Shown here: piece after piece, positions 39,723 to 49,811 of the stretch
Position numbering within the stretch: position 1 is the stretch's first letter
Layout of the letters: each line of letters starts with the position of its first letter
From: Bacteroides sp.
GTDB taxonomy: Bacteria; Bacteroidota; Bacteroidia; Bacteroidales; Bacteroidaceae
Length of the DNA stretch: 64,000 nucleotides
NCBI GenBank assembly: GCA_015060765.1
Contig: SUXW01000016.1
Span: 420 to 64,419 of the forward strand
Reading direction: 5' to 3'
The notes under the pieces: generated by a model
What the model saw: only the letters and a program-made list of their open reading frames with translations
Told to the model about the DNA's origin: nothing
Databases searched by the model: none
Program-made: the position numbers and the translations under genes

Positions 39723-40868
39723 CTATAACAATTCTTCAGCCACACGGCGAGCTTCTGCATCAGTCGCTACATAATCTTCATACGAAGGTGTTTGTATAAA
39801 AGCGACTCTATTCATCGTTTCTTCAATCAGACCGCTGATTCGAAGGAACGATATACGATCGTTCAAGAATGCCGAAACGGCTATTTCATTTGCCGCATTG
39901 ACAATACATGCCATATTTCCACCCTGATTCAATGCTTCATAAGCCAATGCCAAGCAACGGAAACGTTGCATATCGGGTTGTTCAAACGTCAAAGCATTCA
40001 TCCGAGAAAAGTCCAAACGATCAAAAGAAGAACGAATTCGTTGTGGATAAGAGAAAGCATATTGAATAGGTAAACGCATATCCGGCATCCCCAACTGTGC
40101 TTTCACAGCCCCATCCTCATACTGCACCATGGAATGAATAACCGATTGCGGATGAACTACCACCTCAATTTGCTCGGGACGTACTCCAAAAAGCCATTTA
40201 GCTTCGATCACTTCGAACCCTTTGTTCATCATCGTTGCAGAATCGATGGTAATTTTAGCACCCATATCCCAGTTAGGGTGCTTCAAAGCCTGCTCCTTGG
40301 TTACATGCTCCAACTGTTCCTTTGTAAAAGTGCGGAAAGGACCACCCGAGGCAGTCAAAATAACTTTTTCCAACGGATTATTCATTTCCAGGCATTGGAA
40401 TATGGCTGAATGTTCTGAATCCACAGGCAGAATAGGAGTATGATACCGAGCAGCCAACTCCGTAATCAGTTCACCCGCCACCACCAACGTCTCCTTATTA
40501 GCCAAAGCTATTGCTTTACCTGCTTTGATGGCATTAATGGTAGGACGCAATCCGGCATAACCAACCATTGAAGCCAAAACTACATCAATCGGTTTTGCTT
40601 CAACCACTTCACAAAGAGCATCTGCACCGGCATACACATGAATAGGTAAATCGGCAAGCAGTTCCTTCAAACGAGGATATTTATCTTCATTGGCTATCAC
40701 GACTGCAGCCGGCATAAACTTACGGGCCTGTTCTGCGAGCAAATCCACCTGATTGTTGGCAGTCAGGGCATATACTTCATACAAATCCGGGTGTTCTTCA
40801 ATGACTTGCAGGGCTTGAGTCCCAATGGATCCGGTAGATCCCAATATAGCGATTTGTTTCTTTTTCAT
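39723..40868 (-). CDS. dxr: 1-deoxy-D-xylulose-5-phosphate reductoisomerase
   Basis: LGSTGSIG, LANKE, PVDSEH, TASGGPF, HPNWDMG, NKGFEVIEA; start at MKKKQIAIL. Confidence 0.97.
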   Translation of the reverse strand: MKKKQIAILGSTGSIGTQALQVIEEHPDLYEVYALTANNQVDLLAEQARKFMPAAVVIANEDKYPRLKELLADLPIHVYAGADALCEVVEAKPIDVVLASMVGYAGLRPTINAIKAGKAIALANKETLVVAGELITELAARYHTPILPVDSEHSAIFQCLEMNNPLEKVILTASGGPFRTFTKEQLEHVTKEQALKHPNWDMGAKITIDSATMMNKGFEVIEAKWLFGVRPEQIEVVVHPQSVIHSMVQYEDGAVKAQLGMPDMRLPIQYAFSYPQRIRSSFDRLDFSRMNALTFEQPDMQRFRCLALAYEALNQGGNMACIVNAANEIAVSAFLNDRISFLRISGLIEETMNRVAFIQTPSYEDYVATDAEARRVAEELL

Positions 40869-40869
40869 T

Positions 40870-41721
40870 TTAAAACACAATATATTTGGCAGGATCAAGA
40901 GCACGTCCCTTATTCCACAATTCAAAATGCAAATGAGGTCCCGTAGTCTTTTCCCCCGTATTTCCAACTAAAGCGATGGCCTCACCGGTCTTCACTGTAT
41001 CTCCCGCCTTTTTCAACAAAGAGCCACAATGTTTGTATACCGACACAAGATTTTGTCCATGCTGTATCTGAATGACATAACCCGTTTCGGCCGTATAAGT
41101 AGACAATATTACCGTCCCATCCAAAGTAGCCAATACACTTTCTTTAGGAGTGGCCGCAATATCAATACCATAATGTTTTTTATGAGCATCAAACTTTGAC
41201 GAAATCATCCCTCGAGTAGGCCGATGGAAAATGATACCAGAAGCAACCGCGTCATTTGCCGCCGTCAAATTATAGCGTTCCTGTTCCTCGTATTGTTTAC
41301 GGAATTCCTCCTCCTGTTTGGAACGTTCCATCAATTCTTCCGAACGAGCAACCGTCAAGGAATCAATGGAATGTACCGTATCGATTCGGACTTCTCCACG
41401 GAAAATATCCTGGATGTTCGTTATATACAGATTCTGACGATTCAGCGCCTCCTGTAAAGAATCTGCACGCAACGCATTGCTTACCACCTGTTCACGTACT
41501 TCACTATTCATGTACCCAGGTAAATAATTACGTAGGGGAGTAAAAGTTATGATGGATGCTGCTATCAGAAATATAACCGTTACCGTAAGGAGCAGCACGG
41601 ATACCCCATTTAATTTGGATACATGAATGGCAACGACCTCCTCCAAGGTATTCTCGTTGGTGATCGTCAGTTTATATTTAAACTTAAAATTATGCCAGAA
41701 TGCTTTCCTCTTATTCTTCAT
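40870..41721 (-). CDS. M23 family metallopeptidase
   Basis: HYGID and HLH zinc motifs; N-terminal TM segment. Confidence 0.92.
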   Translation of the reverse strand: MKNKRKAFWHNFKFKYKLTITNENTLEEVVAIHVSKLNGVSVLLLTVTVIFLIAASIITFTPLRNYLPGYMNSEVREQVVSNALRADSLQEALNRQNLYITNIQDIFRGEVRIDTVHSIDSLTVARSEELMERSKQEEEFRKQYEEQERYNLTAANDAVASGIIFHRPTRGMISSKFDAHKKHYGIDIAATPKESVLATLDGTVILSTYTAETGYVIQIQHGQNLVSVYKHCGSLLKKAGDTVKTGEAIALVGNTGEKTTGPHLHFELWNKGRALDPAKYIVF

Positions 41722-41732
41722 GCTCCTAATCG

Positions 41733-42254
41733 TTATTCCAAAAGCCCTTCCGGTATGGCTACCACTACTTCCCGCTTTTTCTTTTTGATACTTACAATAA
41801 ATTCCTCATGGGCAGGCAGCAATATTTCTTCACCATCCATTCGTTCTATCGCAAACAATACATTCATCGTACTGTCATCTACCGCCACAATGCGTCCCAA
41901 TTCACTGTTAGTGACGTCCTTTACTTTAAACCCAACAAAATAATTCCAAGTCGGGATATCTTCCGACTCATCTTCTTCCAAGTATTTTGTTGGGAAATAG
42001 ACTTCGACATTCGTAAATTTACGAGCTTGTTCCGAAGTATCCACCCTCTCCAACTTCATTAAAGCAGTTGTATCCGAACGAAACCGATATTCTTCTATAA
42101 AGAAAGGAACCAAGATTCCATCCAACAAACAAATCAGGTAATCACAATCCACCCGATCAAATATATCATCAATAAAAGTAAAAGACAACTCCCCCTTTAC
42201 TCCATGTGGTTTGTTGAACACACCAATCTTAAACACCTCTTCCTTCTTTATCAT
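41733..42254 (-). CDS. rimM: Ribosome maturation factor RimM
   Basis: [13 protein letters not shown]; PRC barrel; PEGLL end. Confidence 0.95.
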   Translation of the reverse strand: MIKKEEVFKIGVFNKPHGVKGELSFTFIDDIFDRVDCDYLICLLDGILVPFFIEEYRFRSDTTALMKLERVDTSEQARKFTNVEVYFPTKYLEEDESEDIPTWNYFVGFKVKDVTNSELGRIVAVDDSTMNVLFAIERMDGEEILLPAHEEFIVSIKKKKREVVVAIPEGLLE

Positions 42255-42255
42255 A

Positions 42256-43560
42256 TCAAATACGGGTTATTCTTGCCCCTAATGCATTCAAACGCTGTTC
42301 AATATTCTGATAGCCACGGTCTATCTGCTCAATATTATGAATACGGCTACTTCCTTCAGCACTCATTGCAGCAATCAACAAGGCTATACCGGCACGAATA
42401 TCCGGTGAAGTCATATTTCCTCCCCGCAAGTGGAAATTATGGTCATGTCCAATAACCACCGCACGATGAGGGTCGCATAAAATAATCTGTGCACCCATAT
42501 CAATCAGCTTATCCACGAAGAACAAACGACTTTCGAACATCTTCTGATGAATCAGCACACTACCCTTAGCTTGAGTGGCGACTACCAACATTACGCTCAA
42601 CAAGTCGGGTGTCAATCCAGGCCACGGAGCATCTGCTATCGTCATAATGGATCCATCCATAAAAGATTCAATCTGATAATGATCTTGTTCGGGGATAAAC
42701 AAATCGTCGCCACGTTGCTCCATCTGTATCCCCAAGCGGCGGAAACTTTCGGGAATGATTCCCAAGTTTTCATACGATACATTTTTGATGGTTATCTCAC
42801 TCTGAGTCATTGCAGCCATACCGATGAAGCTACCCACTTCGATCATATCGGGAAGAGCCGTATGGACACAACCTCCCAAAGAGTCCACCCCTTCAATTGT
42901 CAACAAATTCGAAGCTACTCCCGAAATTCGGGCTCCCATAGCATTCAACATCCGGCACAATTGCTGAAGATAAGGTTCACAAGCCGCATTGTAAATCGTT
43001 GTTTTTCCTTTTGCCAGCACTGCTGCCATCACGATGTTCGCCGTACCCGTTACAGACGCCTCATCCAACAACATATAGGTTCCCTTCAGTTCCTTTGCCT
43101 CTATTTGGTAAACTCCCCGTTCGGCATCATATTTAAATTCAGCACCTAATTTCTGGATACCCAAGAAATGCGTATCCAAACGACGACGACCAATCTTATC
43201 CCCACCTGGTTTGGATATCAAAGCCTTGCCAAATCGAGCTACCAGTGGACCGACCAACATGACCGAACCGCGCAAACTGGAACATCTCTTCAAGAATTCA
43301 TCACTTCCCAAATAATCCAGATCCACGGAATCTGCTTGGAATGAATAAGAAGACATTCCTTTTTTAGAAACCTTGACTCCCATTTCGCGCAACAATTGAA
43401 TCAAATTGTTAACATCCAAGATGTCCGGGATATTGTTTACCGTCACCTCTTCCGAAGTCAGCAGTGTAGCACAAAGGATTTGTAACATTTCATTCTTTGC
43501 ACCTTGCGGAGTAATTTCTCCGTGTAATTTATGTCCACCTTCTATAACAAATGAAGCCAT
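42256..43560 (-). CDS. murA: UDP-N-acetylglucosamine 1-carboxyvinyltransferase
   Basis: [17 protein letters not shown] (Asp in place of the catalytic Cys), SVTGTAN, DIRAG, IDRGY. Confidence 0.97.
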   Translation of the reverse strand: MASFVIEGGHKLHGEITPQGAKNEMLQILCATLLTSEEVTVNNIPDILDVNNLIQLLREMGVKVSKKGMSSYSFQADSVDLDYLGSDEFLKRCSSLRGSVMLVGPLVARFGKALISKPGGDKIGRRRLDTHFLGIQKLGAEFKYDAERGVYQIEAKELKGTYMLLDEASVTGTANIVMAAVLAKGKTTIYNAACEPYLQQLCRMLNAMGARISGVASNLLTIEGVDSLGGCVHTALPDMIEVGSFIGMAAMTQSEITIKNVSYENLGIIPESFRRLGIQMEQRGDDLFIPEQDHYQIESFMDGSIMTIADAPWPGLTPDLLSVMLVVATQAKGSVLIHQKMFESRLFFVDKLIDMGAQIILCDPHRAVVIGHDHNFHLRGGNMTSPDIRAGIALLIAAMSAEGSSRIHNIEQIDRGYQNIEQRLNALGARITRI

Positions 43561-43577
43561 AGGTATTCTTTTACAAA

Positions 43578-44195
43578 TTAATATTTTCTTCGCTGGTTAT
43601 TGTTCTGCCTACGTTGGTTATTCTGCTTACGCTGACCATTGTTATTTGCCGTCCGCACATGGTTGAACTTCAAATCTTCCACTTTCAAATCAATGGCACC
43701 ATTTGAATACTCACGCAAATCATCAACTATTTTCTGATCTTCCACACCGTCTTTATTCCAATTGGCAAAACTCTTTTTCATCTGATTGGCCAACAGATTA
43801 ATCAGTCTTTTCCGTTCCTGTTCATCTTCTATCGTCATGGCCTTTTCAATCAGTTCACCTAAAAAACGTCCATAATGGCGGTAACGGATATACTTTTGAG
43901 GATATTCAATCGTTTCCGGTTTGACAACCAATTCTTCCGGCTTCACCACCTGAAACGGATAATCTATATCCAACTTAAAATCCGACATAATGGCTAAATG
44001 GTCCCATAACTTATGTTTAAAATCGGGGACATCACGTAAATGCGGGAACATGCTTCCCATAATTCCAATAATAGTCCGTGCACAGCGCTGACGTTCCGCC
44101 CTATCCTCTATGGTCAATGCATAGTCAACCATATTCTGTACACTTCTGCCATATTCCGGTAATGGCAGTTTTTTTCGTTGGGTATTATATTCCAT
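43578..44195 (-). CDS. DUF4290 domain protein
   Basis: MEYNTQRKKLPLPEYGRSVQNMV, KLWDHLAIMS, YRHYG; usual neighbour of murA in Bacteroidetes. Confidence 0.85.
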   Translation of the reverse strand: MEYNTQRKKLPLPEYGRSVQNMVDYALTIEDRAERQRCARTIIGIMGSMFPHLRDVPDFKHKLWDHLAIMSDFKLDIDYPFQVVKPEELVVKPETIEYPQKYIRYRHYGRFLGELIEKAMTIEDEQERKRLINLLANQMKKSFANWNKDGVEDQKIVDDLREYSNGAIDLKVEDLKFNHVRTANNNGQRKQNNQRRQNNNQRRKY

Positions 44196-44219
44196 TCTTT
44201 TGTTTTAGTATTCTTTCAA

Positions 44220-44909
44220 TCAAATCAGTTTCTTGGGCTTTGAAGCCACAAATTCCTTCAAATAGAAAGGTTCGAAATAGGCCACATCCTTAAAATCTTT
44301 CTTTGCATACGCCTTTTCAGCCAATGGGAACATCCATCGGGCCAACGGACGGATATTCTCAATAAATTTTGCATGAGAATGTGTTATCTTTTCACGGCAC
44401 TTGGAAGCTCCATTGCCAAAGAAATAAACCGGATGTTCTTCTAAAAATTCCAGATAAGAATTCTCATCAATAACATCTGCTGATATATCCCGAACAACAT
44501 TCAGGGAACGATCGTATATCGCTGCATATACTTCCATCCTTCGAGCATCGATCATCGGACAAAGCAAAGCATCTTCCGGCAATTCCTGTTGTAACAATAC
44601 AGGTACACACATCACCTCCAACGTAGGCAATGCAATCAAAGGCAAATTACGTCCGTAGCAAATGCCTTTTGCCATGGAAACACCTATGCGCAACCCCGTA
44701 TACGAACCAGGGCCACAACTAACAGCTACCGCATCGAGTGGCATGGCATGACTATCAACAAATGACAAGGCTTCGTCTATGAAGACACCCAGTTGTACCG
44801 CATGAGAAGGACCTTGCAGGTCCTCTACTTTAAATTCGGCCAATCCGTCCTCGCTGACAGCTACTGAACAAGCCTCCGTTGATGTCTCAATATGTAAAAT
44901 ACACGGCAT
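44220..44909 (-). CDS. tsaB: tRNA threonylcarbamoyladenosine biosynthesis protein TsaB
   Basis: IETST, GPGSYTGLRIG, IDARRMEVY, EPFYLK. Confidence 0.95.
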   Translation of the reverse strand: MPCILHIETSTEACSVAVSEDGLAEFKVEDLQGPSHAVQLGVFIDEALSFVDSHAMPLDAVAVSCGPGSYTGLRIGVSMAKGICYGRNLPLIALPTLEVMCVPVLLQQELPEDALLCPMIDARRMEVYAAIYDRSLNVVRDISADVIDENSYLEFLEEHPVYFFGNGASKCREKITHSHAKFIENIRPLARWMFPLAEKAYAKKDFKDVAYFEPFYLKEFVASKPKKLI

Positions 44910-45005
44910 AATTCGATTCTTCTTATTTAGTTAGGTGCAAATATACAAAAAACATAGCGATGCAATGAAAAAAAACAGTACTTTTGCAGAAAAACAAGAT
45001 TTCTT

Positions 45006-45881
45006 ATGATACAATCAATGACCGGATACGGAAAGGCAACCGCATCTTTCGGAAACAAGAAAATTAATGTAGAGATTAAATCTCTGAACAGCAAAGCTAT
45101 GGACCTTTCTGTCCGTATCGCACCCTTATACCGCGAAAAGGAAATGGAAATACGTAACCTGATATCCAAGTCTTTGGAAAGAGGGAAAATAGACTTCAGC
45201 CTATGGATAGAAAAGGAAGCAGCGGAAGCTGCCACTCCTATCAACGCCGCTTTAATGAATGCTTACTACGAACAAATCAAGCAAATAACAACAACGACCG
45301 ATATCCCGATGCCCACCGACTTATTTGCGACATTGCTCCGTATGCCGGATGTAATGACCAAAGTAGACATACAAGAACTGTCCGAAGAAGAATGGAGCAC
45401 CGTGCGTCAGGCCATAGAAGAAGCTATAGCCCAACTGGTTGAATTCCGCAAGCAGGAAGGATTGGCTCTTGCACAAAAATTCAATGAAAAGATTGATAAC
45501 ATTGAGGCCTTGATGAAGGCCATCGAGCCCTACGAAAACGAACGGGTAACCAAAATACGCGAGCGCATTACTGAGGCTTTGGAAAAGACTCTCCAAGTGG
45601 ATTACGACAAGAACCGTTTGGAACAAGAGTTGATTTTCTACATCGAAAAATTGGATATAAACGAAGAGAAACAACGTCTGGCCAACCATCTCAATTATTT
45701 CCGCGAAACCATGAGCAACGGACAAGGACAAGGCAAGAAGTTGGGTTTCATAGCCCAAGAAATGGGACGTGAAATCAATACAACCGGTAGCAAGTCGAAC
45801 CATGCCGAAATGCAGAACATCGTTGTACGTATGAAGGATGAACTGGAACAAATCAAAGAGCAAGTATTGAACGTAATGTAA
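45006..45881 (+). CDS. yicC: YicC/YloC family endoribonuclease
   Basis: SMTGYG, EIKSLN, RGKID, GKKLGFIAQEMGREINT..SK, EQIKEQVLN. Confidence 0.92.
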   Translation: MIQSMTGYGKATASFGNKKINVEIKSLNSKAMDLSVRIAPLYREKEMEIRNLISKSLERGKIDFSLWIEKEAAEAATPINAALMNAYYEQIKQITTTTDIPMPTDLFATLLRMPDVMTKVDIQELSEEEWSTVRQAIEEAIAQLVEFRKQEGLALAQKFNEKIDNIEALMKAIEPYENERVTKIRERITEALEKTLQVDYDKNRLEQELIFYIEKLDINEEKQRLANHLNYFRETMSNGQGQGKKLGFIAQEMGREINTTGSKSNHAEMQNIVVRMKDELEQIKEQVLNVM

Positions 45882-45888
45882 CCAATCT

Positions 45889-46455
45889 ATGACAGGAAAA
45901 CTGATTATATTCTCCGCTCCTTCGGGTTCAGGGAAGTCAACCATCATCAATTATCTGATGACACAAGGTTTGAATTTAGCATTCTCCATCTCTGCTACCA
46001 GCCGTGCACCTCGCGGTACGGAACAACACGGAGTGGAATATTACTTCTTATCGCCCGAAGAATTCAAACAGCGCATAGCCAACAATGAATTCTTAGAATA
46101 CGAAGAAGTATACGAAAATCGCTTTTACGGCACATTGAAAGCCCCCATCGAAAAGCAATTGGAAGAAGGATACAACGTAGTTTTCGATGTGGATGTCGTA
46201 GGTGGATGCAACATCAAAAAATACTACGGGGACCGAGCCATATCCATCTTTATCCAACCACCGAGCATTGAAGAACTTCGCAAACGGCTCATCGGTCGGG
46301 GTACCGACACCATGGAGGTTATTGAAGACCGAATCGCCAAAGCAGAATTTGAACTGGGATTCGCCGATAAATTCGACGTTGTAATCGTAAACGACGATTT
46401 GGAAACGGCCAAGGAAGAAGCATTGTCCACCCTTCAAACATTTTTAAAATCCTAA
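45889..46455 (+). CDS. gmk: Guanylate kinase
   Basis: APSGSGKST, SATSRAPR, YGT, DVDVVG. Confidence 0.97.
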   Translation: MTGKLIIFSAPSGSGKSTIINYLMTQGLNLAFSISATSRAPRGTEQHGVEYYFLSPEEFKQRIANNEFLEYEEVYENRFYGTLKAPIEKQLEEGYNVVFDVDVVGGCNIKKYYGDRAISIFIQPPSIEELRKRLIGRGTDTMEVIEDRIAKAEFELGFADKFDVVIVNDDLETAKEEALSTLQTFLKS

Positions 46456-46470
46456 CAACGGCAGTTGAGT

Positions 46471-47046
46471 ATGAATAAAATCGGTATCTTCGGAGGTTCA
46501 TACAATCCCATCCACATTGGTCATTTGGCTTTAGCCAATTACCTGTGTGAATTCAGCGATTTGGACGAAGTGTGGTTCATGGTTTCCCCCCAGAACCCCT
46601 TAAAGAGAGACCGAAAATTATGGGATGATGAATTCCGGTTGGAATTGGCCCGCCTTGCTACCGAAGACTATCCCAAGTTCAAAGTTTGCGACATTGAATT
46701 CCAATTGCCACGTCCTTCCTACACCATCCATACACTGAATGCCCTGCAAGAGAAATATCCGGAAAAGGAATTCACTTTGCTTATAGGAGCCGACAATTGG
46801 CAATTGTTCCCACGATGGAAAGCTGCCGACGAAATCATTGCCAAACATAAGGTACTGATCTATCCAAGACCCGGTTATACTATCAACGAAGATGAGTTCC
46901 CTTCCTCCGTCAGTCTCATACAAGCCCCCTTGTTTGAAGTCAGTTCCACTTTCATCCGCGAAAGTCTGGAAAAAGGGAAAGACATCCGTTATTTTCTGCA
47001 TCCCAAAGTATACAAACGGATCATAGAAAGATTTTCATCCAAATAG
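46471..47046 (+). CDS. nadD: Nicotinate-nucleotide adenylyltransferase
   Basis: [25 protein letters not shown]. Confidence 0.96.
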   Translation: MNKIGIFGGSYNPIHIGHLALANYLCEFSDLDEVWFMVSPQNPLKRDRKLWDDEFRLELARLATEDYPKFKVCDIEFQLPRPSYTIHTLNALQEKYPEKEFTLLIGADNWQLFPRWKAADEIIAKHKVLIYPRPGYTINEDEFPSSVSLIQAPLFEVSSTFIRESLEKGKDIRYFLHPKVYKRIIERFSSK

Positions 47047-47110
47047 CTCTTCTATTTCCAAAATTATTACTACATTAGCGCAAATTTATTAACCTTTATA
47101 TAAAATTATC

Positions 47111-47518
47111 ATGGGATATAAGATTGAACAAATCGAAGGTATCGGTGCTGTATATGCAGAAAAATTGCAGGCTGCCGGTGTAAAGACTACAGAAGACTTG
47201 TTGGAAAAGTGTGCCGCCAAGAAAGGCCGCGTTGCTTTGGCCGAAGAAACTGGCATCAGTGAAAAATTGATTTTAAAGTGGACCAACCATGCCGACTTGT
47301 TCCGTATCAACGGTATTGCCGGTCAGTTCGCAGAATTGTTGGAAGCGGCAGGTGTTGACACCGTAAAGGAATTCCGTCACCGCGTACCTGCCAACCTTCA
47401 TGTTAAAGTAACAGAAGTGAATGCTGAAAAGAACCTTTGTAACCGCGTACCTTCTTTGTCTGAATTGGAAAAGATGATTGCTCAGGCAAAAGAATTGGAA
47501 CCGCTGATTACTTACTAA
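47111..47518 (+). CDS. DUF4332 domain (helix-hairpin-helix) protein
   Basis: IEGIG..YAEKL..AGV, ADLFRINGI..QFAELLEAAGVDTV. Confidence 0.85.
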   Translation: MGYKIEQIEGIGAVYAEKLQAAGVKTTEDLLEKCAAKKGRVALAEETGISEKLILKWTNHADLFRINGIAGQFAELLEAAGVDTVKEFRHRVPANLHVKVTEVNAEKNLCNRVPSLSELEKMIAQAKELEPLITY

Positions 47519-47532
47519 GAATTCATTGGATA

Positions 47533-47571
47533 GACAAGATGCACAGGCCTCCGGTTTGTGCATCTTGTTTT
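47533..47571 (+). terminator. Intrinsic terminator
   Basis: ACAAGATGCACA...TGTGCATCTTGT followed by T-run. Confidence 0.75.
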
Positions 47572-47665
47572 ATTATAAATTAGCCAAAGCTTTACAAAGT
47601 TCTGTTGACGGAACAAACATTCCCACCTTTCCTCTTGTTGGATACCAACCAAAAACAAACTTGCT

Positions 47666-48148
47666 ATGGCTAAATTTAGATTCATCCTCATTGGAAGCAT
47701 GCTGATTGTATACACATCGGCTTCTGCCGGTTGGGCACCCCAAGTGGTACAAGACTCCCTGAAACATCTTTATCCCAACGTAGGAACTTTGGCATGGGAT
47801 ACCGACCAAAGCTACTACGTAGCAGCATTCACGTATAATGGTTTCAACACCAAAGTATGGTTGGATGCTAAAGGCCGTTGGGTAATGAAACAAACCGACT
47901 GGCAAACGATGGACCAAGTCCCCATGTCCGTTTATCACACCTTCACTTTCGGCCCTTATGCTTCCGACCAGATAGACGATGTGACGTATGTTGAGTTTCC
48001 ATATAGTCCACCCCAAATTGTCATCCTCATTTCTTTGCCAAACGCATTGACCCAATACCAATTGTTTTATCACACCGACGGGACCTTGGTCAACGCCCGG
48101 AACGTAACGAACATGTACAATATTTGGGGAGCAAGCACTTTCTTATAA
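47666..48148 (+). CDS. PepSY-like (beta-lactamase-inhibitor-like) secreted protein
   Basis: Signal peptide; P..V...L...YP, YYVAAF, VWLDAKGRW, LFYHTDGTLV repeat pattern. Confidence 0.65.
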   Translation: MAKFRFILIGSMLIVYTSASAGWAPQVVQDSLKHLYPNVGTLAWDTDQSYYVAAFTYNGFNTKVWLDAKGRWVMKQTDWQTMDQVPMSVYHTFTFGPYASDQIDDVTYVEFPYSPPQIVILISLPNALTQYQLFYHTDGTLVNARNVTNMYNIWGASTFL

Positions 48149-48193
48149 ACTATTGGATAAAAAACATTATCTTTGCAAAAACAATCTACCATC

Positions 48194-49087
48194 ATGGAAA
48201 CCATTCCAACAAACTCCATCAAGGCATGGATACTTGCCGCCCGCCCCAAGACATTGGCCGCAGCCGCCACACCTGTGTTGTTAGGCTGTTCCTTGGCACA
48301 TTCCGCCGGCTGGTTCCAAATAATACCCGCCATTCTATGTTTTCTATTTGCTTTTACCATGCAGATAGACGCCAACTTCATCAATGATTTCTTCGATTAT
48401 CTGAAGGGTAGCGACCGGGAAGACCGATTGGGTCCCGAAAGAGCATGTGCACAAGGATGGATTACACTCGACGCCATGAAGCACGGCATTGCCTTCACCA
48501 CCATGCTTTCCTGTTTTTGGGGATTCCTGATTCTGTTTTATAGTGGTTTGGAAATGATTCCCGTAGGATTGCTCTGCATCCTTTTCGCCTTTTTATATAC
48601 AGCAGGCCCCTATCCTTTGGCCTATCACGGTTGGGGGGATGTACTGGTCATTATCTTTTTCGGTTTCGTACCTGTGGGATGTACCTATTATACCCTTTGC
48701 CATGACTGGACATGGAGCGTTACCATAGCTTGTATGGCCAGCGGCCTTGTTTCCGATTTACTTTTAATGCTGAACAATTATCGTGACCGTGACCAAGATC
48801 GCATTAGCGGAAAGAAAACCTTGGTAGTCCGTTTCGGAGCGAAAGCCGGTCGATGGATGTATCTGATACTGGGTATTACCGCCTCTTTACTTTGCCTCCT
48901 CTTTCTCCTTACCGGACAACTTTGGGCAGCCATCCTTCCACAACTATTCCTGTTCCCCCACTTGAATGCTTGGCAACACATGGTCAGCATCAACAAAGGA
49001 AAGGAATTGAACCGAGTGCTTGGAGAAACCGCCCGAAACATCGCCCTGTTCGGCGTTCTGCTCTGCTTGGGTTTAATTCTTTCATAA
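48194..49087 (+). CDS. menA: 1,4-dihydroxy-2-naphthoate octaprenyltransferase
   Basis: WILAARPKTL, NFINDFFD, NNYRDRDQDRISGKKTL. Confidence 0.95.
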   Translation: METIPTNSIKAWILAARPKTLAAAATPVLLGCSLAHSAGWFQIIPAILCFLFAFTMQIDANFINDFFDYLKGSDREDRLGPERACAQGWITLDAMKHGIAFTTMLSCFWGFLILFYSGLEMIPVGLLCILFAFLYTAGPYPLAYHGWGDVLVIIFFGFVPVGCTYYTLCHDWTWSVTIACMASGLVSDLLLMLNNYRDRDQDRISGKKTLVVRFGAKAGRWMYLILGITASLLCLLFLLTGQLWAAILPQLFLFPHLNAWQHMVSINKGKELNRVLGETARNIALFGVLLCLGLILS

Positions 49088-49276
49088 TACCCGTAGACCG
49101 TTCCGAGGGGAGTAATTGCCTACGAAGTATAAACCTATCGTTTTAAAATGCACGTGCATAACGACAACACGAGTGTAAGCTAAATTAGCCTACACCCGTG
49201 TTCTACATCGAATTTCTTTAATTATACTTTCCCCAAATTAAAAAGCATTAAGAATTTTTATAATAACATATTAGTA

Positions 49277-49798
49277 CTATACATTAATTTCCGTATTTGA
49301 TGCAACCATACCTTGCACTTGAGTTCCTGCAGGAATTTCGGCTTGTCCACCTTTTATCAAGAAACCAAACAAACAACAAAAAGTCAAGACAATAGATAAT
49401 GCAACTTTGTTACTACCTTCGTCAGAAACATTGTTACTACTCAAATAAACGATAGTTCCATCTACGGCCTCAATTGTCTTTACTGAAATTTCAAGTTCAC
49501 CTTCTGAACCAAGTAAACCACTTTTCTTTGCTCTAACAATTTGTCCCTGTGCGATAGAACCTGCAGCAATAACAGTTTTTCCATCCACCTTTACGTCACT
49601 CATAACCCTAAAATCAACCATCTGACCACTACGTGCATTTTTACTTGTAATAGTACTTATCAATTCCATTGGTATAACCGTACCAGCCTTAAGTAAAACT
49701 GTACCATTAGGCATAGTAAACGACATTGTAAGCATAGCCAAAGCCATAAGCAATACCATTGGCTTAAAATAGAAAGATTTAAATAATTTGATAAACAT
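49277..49798 (-). CDS. Secreted hypothetical protein with TrbI/VirB10-like beta domain
   Basis: Signal-like N-terminus; LKAGTVIPMEL..TITS...SGQMVDFRV..DV.VDGKTVIAAGS...GQI...GELEI.......DG...EIPAGT pattern. Confidence 0.6.
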   Translation of the reverse strand: MFIKLFKSFYFKPMVLLMALAMLTMSFTMPNGTVLLKAGTVIPMELISTITSKNARSGQMVDFRVMSDVKVDGKTVIAAGSIAQGQIVRAKKSGLLGSEGELEISVKTIEAVDGTIVYLSSNNVSDEGSNKVALSIVLTFCCLFGFLIKGGQAEIPAGTQVQGMVASNTEINV

Positions 49799-49811
49799 AG
49801 TAAAATTTGTT

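Noticed and set aside
40868-40967. Apparent long overlap of dxr with the M23 gene, and similar N-terminal extensions of rplM, purB and the MFS gene
   Set aside because: Artefacts of longest-ORF calling; downstream starts match the family N-termini and promoter positions.
42256-43560. MurA Cys-to-Asp substitution (fosfomycin-insensitive type)
   Set aside because: Known intrinsic trait of Bacteroidetes MurA; not novel.
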